DNA of 64,000 bases from Antedon mediterranea (lineage: Eukaryota > Animalia > Echinodermata): NCBI RefSeq assembly GCF_964355755.1, contig NC_092670.1:18214795-18278794 (forward strand), read 5' to 3'. The notes under the pieces were generated by a model. That model was not told the DNA's origin, did not search any database, and was given only the letters and a program-made list of their open reading frames with translations. Shown here piece after piece: positions 24,507 through 35,900 of this stretch (position 1 is the first letter of the stretch; each line of letters starts with the position of its first letter). The position numbers and the translations under genes are program-made.

Positions 24507-27500
24507 CTAGAACCTGTAGCCATGTCCCGACGAACCATCTGGTATGCGTCTTGTAGACTGCAGATCCGAGTCAGATCTTTTATAGCCACTTGCTCCTCGG
24601 CCAGCAGGCATAGCACCAGTCTTGTATCGTTTGTTATCACCACTAGAATTGCTAGAAGGTGGGCGATGATCTTCTTTTACAGCCTCATGGGATGCATCAG
24701 TTCTGGACGTACCTTGCATTGCCAACATCTGTAGCAAAGCTGCCTTCACACCTGGGGTGGCATAATTGTTTTTATCTTCCTCCTTTTCAGGAGAGTCTGG
24801 TGGAGGAGGTCCTAATGGTGTCGGAGGCTTCCAGGAAGAACGTGATCCTCCTTCACTACCACCACCAGAATCAGACGAGGCTCGTGAACTTCCGTAACTA
24901 GGTCCATGATTACTAGTATTAAAATCGGCTAACATCCCATAGGGCCCGGTGCTTGAATGCCCTCCAGTTCTTTCCGTGCCAGAATCATTCTCCCTTCTTC
25001 TCTCCTTTGAGGGAGCCCTTCCAGGAGTACTAGAATCAGACTGAGAATTCGGGTTCTCAGCTTTTTTAATGGCAGTCTCTGTGACGGCAGCGGCGCTCTT
25101 CAACTGTTTGTTCAAATTTTCCAGTAGTTTAATCGTGGTTGCATCTACCTTCATGTTCAATGCTTTTCCCAATTGGTGGACATTCATTTCGGGATGAGTT
25201 TGCAGTAACCCCAGAAGCTTAGTGATGGTCTTTTGCGTGGCATCATCACTAGCATTTGAATCCTCCTGTGCTGCTGCTGATGTAGTAGGTTGAGGAGTTA
25301 CACTTTTGGAGCTGGATACATCTACATCACTTATACCTGGTATTGGAACATTATCGTCAGTTGTAAGGCCTAGACCCGCGTCTTTTCTTTGCTGATGCAA
25401 AGACTTGCTGGAACTGCTGGATGATTGTTGACTTTTTTCTAATCTTTCCATTCTCCGCTTCTTCTTACTCCACAACTCATGACAATCCTGCCAAGTTGGT
25501 AGACTACAGAGAAACCAAAAACACATTTGAAAAAAAAAACTTGAAAAATAAAAACACTAACAACAAAATTATGACAGACCTTGTGGTTAGAAATCTTAGT
25601 ATGAGCTTACTTTGGTGGTGGTATCTTCTTTGGATCAATAGATTTCAACCAGGGGCAGTCAAGAGCCTCAACAGCCTGGATCCTCTTGGCAGGATCCAAT
25701 GTCAACATCTTATCCAATAGATCCAAGGCATTACGTGGTAACCTGCAGTAATAACACATACCATACAAGTGTGTTGTCATCCACACAAACATCTTACAAA
25801 TTGTAAACATATTAAAAACTGAACAAATGTTATACTCTACTTACAAAATCCAAAAACATATTTTTAGATAAAACAGCTCACTCCATCCCTGCTACAATGT
25901 TATATTAAATCAACAGTATTCGATTATTGGTACAATAAACAGAATTAATATAAAAATTGTTAGTGGAAAAATCATTTAGTATGTACTTACAAGGCGAATT
26001 CATCTCTAAGTCTGCGTGAGTACTGTTTCTTAGGCTTGATGGTGTTAAAGAAAGGTAGTTTAATGACCTCCGGCCAAACTGCAGGGCTAGGTGATCCGCA
26101 AACTCTACTTATAAGGTCTAACTGAGCTATTTCCTGATTCGCCTGAAAGATTGGCTTTCGTGTGAATAGCTCTCCCAGAATGCATCCACAGCTCCAGACA
26201 TCAATTGATGGTCCGTACCTCTCCTCCCCAAGGAGTAACTCAGGAGGTCGATACCACAATGTGATCACCTTGTTTGTGTATGGACGTGACTTATCGTCTG
26301 CGTGATAAAGTCTTGCTAGACCAAAATCAGCTAATTTTATTTCACCCTGAAATTGGTAAGAGCTAATGCTATTCAAACTAGTCGAAGATTCATTAAGAAT
26401 AATTAAACAGGACATTTCATATCCATTTTACTAATAGTCGAGTATAAATTTAAAGCAACATAAATATCAGAGGGACAAAAAGAATGTTTACAAATTGTTT
26501 TAAAAGAAATTATTTTACTTTAATAATAACAGTAATATATGTGTTATATTTATTTGTTATACAAACATTTTGTAATGAAAACTATTTTTAGTAAAGTTAC
26601 GTTTGCGGTTCCAAAATGAAATAAAGTATGGTTGAGAATGTCTCAAGATTTCGGTTGTTATGTTACAACCGTCTTCTGGAGAAAAGTTTTGCAAACCTTT
26701 AAAAAATAATGAAAATTATTTCATTTATTTTTCTTACAGTATAAGTTAAAACACAAGATTGAAATTTGAATTAGTCCAAGAAAAATAATAAAAAATTGAC
26801 TGACCTTATTATTTAATAATATATTAGAACATTTGATATCTCTATGTAGAAAGTTTTTCTTATGACAATATGCTAAGCCATCCAGAAGCTGCTTCATGTA
26901 ACTTCGTATATGCTCTTCATGAAAGTTGACCAAGCCCGACTCTAATAGACCCATTAGGTCATGGTCCATGTATTCAAACACTAAGTAGAAGGCACCTAAA
27001 AACAAACATACAAATACCAGTCAATGGAATTAGGAGACCTACAGTATGGAAAAGATGTAAAATTGAATCGCTTCACACAAAGTAGAAACAATTCAAACCA
27101 CTAATTTCTCTGAAGTGAATTCGTAGCAGAAAGAGAGGGATTTGAAGGATGGAAACATGAATATGACGTTTTAGATTCATGCAAACAAATTCGCCTAGTG
27201 ATAATGATAATAATGATAATCGGCTTTAACTGAGAATTAATTTTAAGTTCACAGAGGTTCCAATTTAAAGCACGAGAGGATATTTACAAAAACATCTTAG
27301 GCATCGGAGTCTATAGTCAACAATGCCTTGCATTGTTGATGTTAGCAGCCTGTTGTACATTTTCACTTTTAGACCCTGTAGTGGAGAGTATAAATTACAT
27401 TATCAGGATTTTTCCCCCTTTGCACCAAGATTTAAATCTCAAGACCTGAAGGTGGTATGAATTCAACATTTGATGCTAACCTTTATCTTTTCTAAAATCC

Positions 27501-29914
27501 AATGCATCTTGCTTATCTGTAACTATTTCACGCAAGTTGACAATACTTGGATGATTGAGCTGACGCAAGATCTTTATCTCCCGTATCGCCGTGATTGGGA
27601 AACCTTCCTTTTCGTTGTCTAATCTCACTTTCTTTAAGGCAACCATCTCCTCTGTTAAAAACAAAATTGAATGTTTTTATAGACCGCATTCCATGATTTA
27701 ATATTTCATTAAAAAAAAAACCATGGGTGGAAATATGCAGTGTTACGTAAACCAATCATTGCTTCCTTACTGTAGATACAAAGGGGACACTGTGGGTCCA
27801 TAAAGTATTCCTTAATAGTTCTACTGTATCCTAAATTCTGGAATTCAAATGTTGCGCAAGTCATATTTTTTTAACACTTTAAATAGAGAAAGATTGAGAA
27901 TTTATGAGTGATATAGTCTTATACAGTAAGAGAGGGTTAATAGTACATGACCTGTCATATGTATTTTATGTTACAACCAAACCTAAGAATTATGGATGCA
28001 ATTTATATTGGTGGAGGGTGAAATTACAAAGTAGGTTTACATCAAATTTTAGCATTTATCATTAACCCAGCCATTTAATGGTAGTCATCCATCATTTTTT
28101 AATTATGATCTTTCTTGTTGTAGACGTCCACTTTATTTTCATTTTTTTTTCTGTTTCCCACCCCTTAGCTACATTCCATAATAATCACCTGTGTGTTTAT
28201 CTTTAGCTTTGTACACTTGTCCATAGGTACCTTCACCCACTGGTGCAATGATGTTGAAAACATCAACACACCTTTCTCCCCACTCAGTCTCTTTGGCAGC
28301 TCTTAGTTCTCTTTGTACCTTTCGGTTCCTCCAAGATGGCACTGTCTCTTTCTTCTTTTTAACTTTGGGGTTAACAACATGGGCTACCTTTGGTGGCCTT
28401 TCTTTAGCTTTGGAAGTGTGTTCTTTAACTGGAGGTGTTCTTTCTTTAGTTCCCAATGACGGAGGTAGAGGTAAACCCATGATTTTATTAACAGTCTTGT
28501 CATCTTTTGACCGTTTTGTTGGAACAACTGGTTCTCGTTCTTCATCAGACAAGGATGTTGATGAAGAAGACGACATTGGCGTATTCTCCTTCTTCCCAAT
28601 GACAGGTGGGAAAGGAAGATCAGGTAGGGTTGGTATATGTCCACTTGGTGGCGCTGTCTTTGGAGTTTTTTTTGGTGTGCCTAATTCCTTTAGCATTTCT
28701 TCCTTTTTAACCCCCTTTGTTATTATAAGGTTATCCATGTGCCTCGAGCTACCTCTTGCAACAACTTTGTTAGTTTGTTCTTCAATGTTAAGGGCCATTT
28801 TATCTGGAATAGGCTCGGGTTTAATATCATTTTTAATAGTAACTTTAATAGGAGAGTCTGCATATTTAGTTTCTGGTTTCTTTTGTACCATTTCTAATTT
28901 ATCACCACCTTCCTTTGGTGGTGCTTTTAAATGGTGGTGACTTGTTTTTTTATTCATGTTTCTTTTACTGATTAATTCAGCTGCCAATGTTGACGCGAAA
29001 CTTTTGTCACCATCATCTGGACTTCTCCGCCGGGATCTGATTGATGGTGATCTAGACCTGGAATGGTAGCCATGATTTAGCCGGTTACGTCTAGAACTGT
29101 GAATGAGAACATTAAGCATCCAAAGGTATAGTTATAAATAAGGAATAAAACAAACCAGAAGAATAAAAATAGTCAACAATATTTTATATAAAACATTAAT
29201 CAAAATAAAACAATCACAAACTTTCATCAATATTAATATCAATAACAAATAGATTGTTAAAAATCCTGCAAACAAATTAAATTGTTCAACCTCCTACCTG
29301 ATATCTGGGGACCTCGGTGAGTCAGGGCTTCTTCGTCGCGGACTAGGAGAATGTATTCTGTTATATGCCATTGGTGGTGAATGACGGGATTTAAAAGGAG
29401 GACTTGGACTCCGACGTAAAGGTCGCCTAGGAAGTTCATGCCTCCTTTCATCAGAGGATGTTGGTCTATAAGCACGTGGTTGTTCGGGAGAAGGGCTGTA
29501 TCGATATGCCCGTGGTGGTTGTTGTTGTTGTTCTACTGGGGACATCTTTCTTTTTGATGAAGATGATGGTCGTGATCGGTGACCATGACTACTACTACTA
29601 CTTTTACCTTTAGCAGCTTGACTGCGTTTATGCATTTTTATTAGAGTTCCTGGCGATAAACTTCCTCTCCTTGAACGCGACTTCTCGACTTCAGGAGAAA
29701 CAGGCGCTGGTGAGTTCTGCCATTGGAAGTTGTCTTCCTCACTACTAATATCGTCATATTCAACTAGTTTTGTCACTTTCTGTAAAAGTATCTTGTCCTT
29801 TTTATGACGAGATGGACGAGGCTTCTTATGTTTTTTATGTCGTGTTGACGATGATGGGCTTGGCCTATGATGTGGACTTCGGCTTCTGCGCCGGGTGCCA
29901 CGAGAACTAGGCAT
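24507..29914 (-). CDS. CDK12: Cyclin-dependent kinase 12/13 orthologue (~1123 aa, 7 coding exons)
   Basis: Exons 29914-29298, 29096-28189, 27651-27481, 26995-26805, 26346-25991, 25742-25611, 25503-24507; phases consistent. RS-rich N-terminus with 'LVEYDDISS', '[20 protein letters not shown]', '[12 protein letters not shown]', '[13 protein letters not shown]', '[32 protein letters not shown]', '[13 protein letters not shown]'. Probably the single pre-duplication CDK12/CDK13 gene. Confidence 0.96.
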
Positions 29915-31469
29915 TCTTGATAATTCACTGAAAGAAGAAAATGAAAGTCTGTAAAAATATATATACATAAAATGTTGTTCCCAAATCCAACGCCTAAATT
30001 TTACAGTATAAAGATTTTGGAATTAAAATTCTTGAAATATCATCTGTTTGTTTATTTTGTTTTCTATAATATTTCCTGTGTGATAATTCTAGAGCAGTAC
30101 TATAAGAGTCGCTTAACTCAAGTTAAATTATATCATAATACATTAAAAAACTTATTTATGTAGGCTAGCAACATTTTGAAGGCAAACATTTTACAAAAAA
30201 TACATGACATTCTTTATGCTTTACCAAAAGGAAAAACATATAAACATAAAATAACTTAAAACCAGATGAATTTTTTAAGAGAAAATGGGACAAAAGTTTG
30301 CGCAGATTACTGTATTTTGACACCTTTTTGTCAAGCCTATCAAATTTCAATTTGAAAAGGTTGGAGGGTATAACCCGGTTATTTCCCTTAAAGATATTTC
30401 AATGCGATTGCAAGCAAGAAGACCACCTGATTATCAATCCGAAAAGTTCTTTAGTGACTGCAGTAAACATACAGTAATGTTTACCAAATAATTTGTTCAT
30501 TTTTTTCATTTCATAAACACACATTGTCTTTACACACACAACTCATTAATGCTTTTTTAATGTGAAATTGGTTAAAGTTCAAAAGCATGTGCTGGTATTT
30601 GCCAAGTTAAAATATTCAATAGTGGACACAAGTGAGTGATAGCATATTAGTGACGACCCCGATCTAATTGTAAATGCACAATATTAATTTCCTTTTACAG
30701 TACAAATTGTCAGGCCAGTTTTTTTTATGGAGATCATTAACTGGTTGCACTCAGATGCTGGCAAACATAGACTTCAAACTTTTTGATTAATTGGATGAGC
30801 TTTCAACAGTCGTATTGAAGATTTTTTTTCCAGTTATTCATGTAGCGGCTTGATGTAACAAATACCGATTATAATTTTAGGCCACTAGTATCAGTTTTGT
30901 ATGCGACCATATGTGCCTGGCTATTGATCAGGTTCGCTTTTAAAAAAGTTATCAATTCAAAAATTCTGTTACAAGTCTAGAGAATAGCCTAGATGATGAA
31001 GTAAAGGCATGGACAAAATAATACAGGAGGTCTACATACAGGTACGTAGGTCCTTTAGCCAAGGCCTAAACTAAACAAACTTTGTAAATGACCGACTTTA
31101 AAAAAAAAATTCATACATTTTTTTCTTAAAGGTACAAACAAGAATATAGACTAGTAGCTAGGCCTAGACTTATTGTATGAGCTACGAATATATTAATAGG
31201 CCCTTAGCTAGGCCGACTTAACTACCCAACTAGCCTAATTACTAAGGCTACAATAAAACGCTAGGCTAGCTAGCCGTTACCGCTAGCTAGACTAAAAACA
31301 CACTATATAAAAATTATTACGTTATAGTTTAAAGACCCCTTCCCTGCAATTTTGGACGTTTTTTGGAAAATAATACATATATATCACTTTAAAAACATTA
31401 AACCATGTCATTCCTTGTCTTAAATGTACGTTTTATGGTAAATTATGATAAAAAGTGAGAAACAATGCA

Positions 31470-31815
31470 CTACCTAAGTAGCTCGCGGCGATCGACCTCT
31501 CGTGGACGGTCTTAGGCCTAGCCTAGCTAGGCTTAGTTTTGTAGGCCTAGCTGGTAAACATCGATAACGTACGAACATCGTACGCTAGCTATATACCTAG
31601 CCTGACGTTGTATAGTTGCTGCATTAATTGTCTTTCTATTTTTGCCAGACTCCGTTGATACAAATTGGGGAAAACCCGGTATTTTCGCTGAAAAGTTAGG
31701 AGTCTTCTATTTGTTTTGGCTTTACGATCGATCGAAAAGTGGGCGAATTACAGGTGAAAAACAAAAATATCAATCCGCGCGCAATGCATTTTGGGATTTA
31801 TAGCGGGCCGCTATA
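31470..31815 (-). promoter_or_regulatory. Probable CDK12 promoter and non-coding first exon with ZNF143/Staf (SBS)-like motif
   Basis: TGCATTTTGGGATTTATAGC at 31785-31804 resembles the reverse complement of ACTACAATTCCCAGAATGCA; CpG-rich; candidate minus-strand donor near 31472; the ATG exon has an acceptor at 29928-29929 so an upstream exon is expected. Confidence 0.5.
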
Positions 31816-32789
31816 ATTATTAGAATCGATTTATTTTTCACATTTTTAACCGTTTAAAGACGAAAAAAGTTATCGCAATAGGACCATATAGTATTATTTT
31901 TACATTAAATATAGTTTGTGATCTTAAATTAGATCTAAAAAACGTAGGGAATGGGGCTTTAAGACAGGTAGGACAAATGTTTACTGTATGTATAATGTAT
32001 TAATTATTAATTAACTACCTATAAAATGGGCTGCTTCTTAAAATGTTGAGCTCGATGCCGGTGAATCCATGAAATCAATTTTATTGACAAAAAAGTCAAA
32101 TGCCCTGCAGGAGAATCAGTGACATTTTTTTTACCAAAATGTTTTGCTTCAGCCTTCTCTGAAAATGTTTGAGCAAATTCTTGATTAGCTTAGCTCTGTA
32201 TGTAAGCGCAGTAACCCTGCAACTACTTGGTCCTAGGCTATCAGAATGTGGCGACCACGCACGGCGGATACAACTAGGCCTAATCACTAGGCTACCCCGA
32301 AGCAGTTTTCCAGCCTCCCTCTCAAATTGTTCTCTCTGTAGTTGAGTTAGGCTCGGCTCTTACCTACACAGCAATTTTCGATTGTCTTTATTGTCAAGTA
32401 TTTTCACAAATTATTTCCAAATACGTCTTCTGTTTATAGTATCCAATAAATTAGTCAAATTCAGCAACAAACAAACGTATGAAATGTACTTGATTCATGA
32501 CATTTTCCAATTAATTTCCAATGAAAAAAAACCCCGAAATCTTGTCTTGTTTCTCGTTACATTGGGTCGGTAAAAAACCGTAATTTCTGCTTGTAAATTA
32601 TGTAAATATGAGACAATATTTCTCTCGCCGTACTCCTCTATGTTGATTGTTCATTTTAAATCACTTATATATTATATTTATTGCTGATTTTCGTGATAAA
32701 ATTCGATTTTTTGTCTTAAAATTTTGATTCTTAATTTCCTTACAGTCTAGTCAGCAATTTCAGGAACTCAGAAGGATTGTGGGTTGGAA

Positions 32790-32870
32790 AACTTCGCCTA
32801 CGTAGATGAATGACGTCATAGATATGGTTCCCGGTGTTTTCCCAGGGTCGTTTTCACGTTTTTGACCCTA
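32790..32870 (+). promoter_or_regulatory. Probable WDR24 proximal promoter with full CRE
   Basis: TGACGTCA at 32811-32818, about 95 bp upstream of the inferred ATG at 32910. Confidence 0.45.
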
Positions 32871-32909
32871 AAACTAGCATTTTTCATTTTTATATGAACA
32901 TTTACAATA

Positions 32910-35900
32910 ATGTCAAGTATCAAGCAAGTAAAAGGTATTGAGATACACATTGTACTTTTAATATTATTATTAGTATTTATAGGTAATCTGCCAAAGATAG
33001 GCATAGGCCTAGACTTATTTAGTTAGCCCTAGGCCTTCCTTATCACCAGCACTATCATAGTCTTTTGAATTGTTTTTGGTGCCTGGAAAACGAGGAATTG
33101 CAGTATAGGGTAGGCTAGGCTAAAAGTTTGTACATGGTTTATTAATATTGTACGGCAATGTATGTATATATATGTATTTAATTTTCTCAGTGTATCTATC
33201 ATTAACTATTGAATATTATTAATTAATTAAGAAGAGTTTAATTCAGATTCATTCAGCGTTAATTTTTCAAAACCTTTTCTTTCATATGATAGCTGTGGAC
33301 TCGAGCACAGCAAGACGGATACAACTCAAGCTTGAGCAGCCAGTGCAAGGTATTAATGCACTAGACCTACAGGGATCTGGAGACAAAGATCATGTGGTAG
33401 TTGCTGGAAGAAATGGTAAAGCCATCTCATTCTCTTTTTCATTTAATTCCATGCAGGATGCCCAACAAAGCCTCCCCAATAGATCTAAAATGCATCTAAC
33501 AGGAGCCAATCCTGATTTGGTTTGCTGAGATGACGTCCAAACTGTGCTGTGTTTGAGGAGGCCCTCTAGTTAGTCGATCTGCGACAGGTTAAAATGCCTC
33601 ACCAGTTATATACAGTATCTCTAGAATCTAGATAAACCCACCATATGACATTATGAGTAATAATTTTCAATTACAATTGTTTTATTTTTCAGTATTCAAA
33701 ATCTTTAAAGTTGAGAATAATCGCTTTACAGAGAAGATGGATTTAAGAGTGGGCAAAATCAACTTGAATCTAAGCTGTACCGATGTAGTCTGGCATCCCT
33801 CACAAGGTACTGATTGACCATTGAAAACATTTTCCAAAAACCTCATTTGACAGCACAATCATATACAAGGCTTAGCACATTATACTTTACATAAATGTAG
33901 AGAACTTTATTACTTGCTAAATTCACTCTGTTTCATGTTACTTTAGCAAATATTTTGGCAAGCTGTGCAACGAATGGAGCTGTTTTAACGTGGAACCTAG
34001 AGAACATGCGTAGGTCAAAGCAAGATAAAGTATTGACGGACCATTCACAGACTGTAAATAAAGTCTGTTTTCATCCCAAAGAACCTGACATCATGTATAG
34101 TGGTTCCAATGATCAAACAGTCCGCAGCTTTGTAAGTTTTTGTCATATACAGTAGCATTATAGCAAGGATTATTTAAATGATAAATGCTGCCCTTTTATA
34201 TGCATATCCAGGGGTTAGCTAAAATTACATTACAAACTATTTTTTACAGACTATCAATATTATTATGTTAACGCTCCCCTGTTAAATAATTCCTAGATAG
34301 GCACCAGATTTTCATTTTAAAATTCATTTTCAGGATCTGCGACAACCAGCAGAAACGGCGTGTGTAGCAGTGTATAAAGCTCAAGACCGTGTTCGTTATG
34401 TAGAGTACGATCCTCATCACTATTTCAACTTTGCCTCAGCGACTGAAGCAGGCAACATCATGGTTTGTTTGTTTGTTTATTAAATTTTCCACACACATCA
34501 AATAATACAGTTGTACATTCGAATAAAACATAGATTAATTATAAGTTAGATTAAGAGAAACATGAGTGGATGGAGGTCAAATAAGTTCAAAGAACTTTAG
34601 GGCTGACCCCCATGGTAACAATGTTTATTACGAAATATTAATAAGTCAAATATTAAAAAATAAACTTCATAAAAATATACTACTCTATGTGATAATATTT
34701 GTAGTATAATTAATTAGGAAATTTATTCTAAAGAAATATTTAATTAATTCATTTTTATATTTAATTTATTTTCAAGATATGGGATTCCAGACGGACGGAT
34801 AAATATATACTTCAATACACAACGCATTTTGGGCCAACGTTTGGAATCGCTTGGCACCCAGACGAAAAAAACAAGTTAGCAACCTGTGGCAGAGATAAAT
34901 CTATTAAGGTTTGTTAAGATATATTATGGTTATCAGGTGTTTCCAGGGAAAGATTAGTGGCTGCATTTGTGCGAAACTAAGCTAACCGTTTTCTTAATAT
35001 TTATGTTTTTTGCACACTCTCTACCATGGTAGTGAATAATCTCTAGCCCAGGATCTACTCTTGTGCTCAATGTCCATTTACCCCAGTATCCTACCCTTGG
35101 CCTTTGAAAAGCAAATTATTTGCTACTAATAAAGGATGAAAAGCTGTTAAATTACCCTATATGATCAAGTATAATCCCATGCTTCAGAGTATAGTCCCAC
35201 CCTCTTATGTTAGATACATTATGGACATAAGAATTTTATACATTGTTAATGCAGTCCGAATATAATCTCACCCCTAACCCTAACTCAAATGTCTTACCCA
35301 TATCCCCATGCGACTATACTTGGTCATATAAGGTAATAATGGCGAAATCAATATGTTTATATATTCTGAATAGAACTGTAGCTCCTCAAACATAATAGAA
35401 ACTCAACATTTCTATTCAGAACCATTTATATGTGGTGTATACCGCATCATTATATTATCATTTAAATTAATTAAATTTTTGTCTATTAATATAGATTTGG
35501 AAGTGGGATGGTTATAGTTTAATACAGGAACATGTGATCAACACATTTGCACCAGTTTCCAATATCAAATGGCGTTCTCAAAAAAAGTACCACATCACAA
35601 GCTGTTCTTTAAACATAGATAGAAGTATTTACATTTGGGATGTTCGCCGCCCTTTCATCCCGTTGGCTTTGTTTGAAGAACATAAAGACGTAGTTACAGG
35701 TATGAAATGCCAATTGACATGTTGTTTCAGGTATGGAATGCCAATTGACATGTTGTTTCAGGTATGGAATGCCAATTGACATGTAGTTACAGGTATGGAA
35801 TGCCAATTGACATGTAGTTTCAGGTATGAAATGCCAATTGACATGTTGTTTCAGGTATGGAATGCCAATTGACATGTTGTTTCAGGTATGGAATGCCAAT

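Noticed and set aside
28248-28940. 230-aa plus-strand ORF
   Set aside because: Antisense shadow of the Lys/Pro-rich CDK12 exon; no independent features
13950-29914. Causal link between the splicing-related genes (MPLKIP, CDK12) and the nearby splice-junction repeats
   Set aside because: These proteins act in trans; proximity gives no mechanistic support
32030-32290. Small gene between CDK12 and WDR24
   Set aside because: Short ORF with no recognisable domain or supported splice structure
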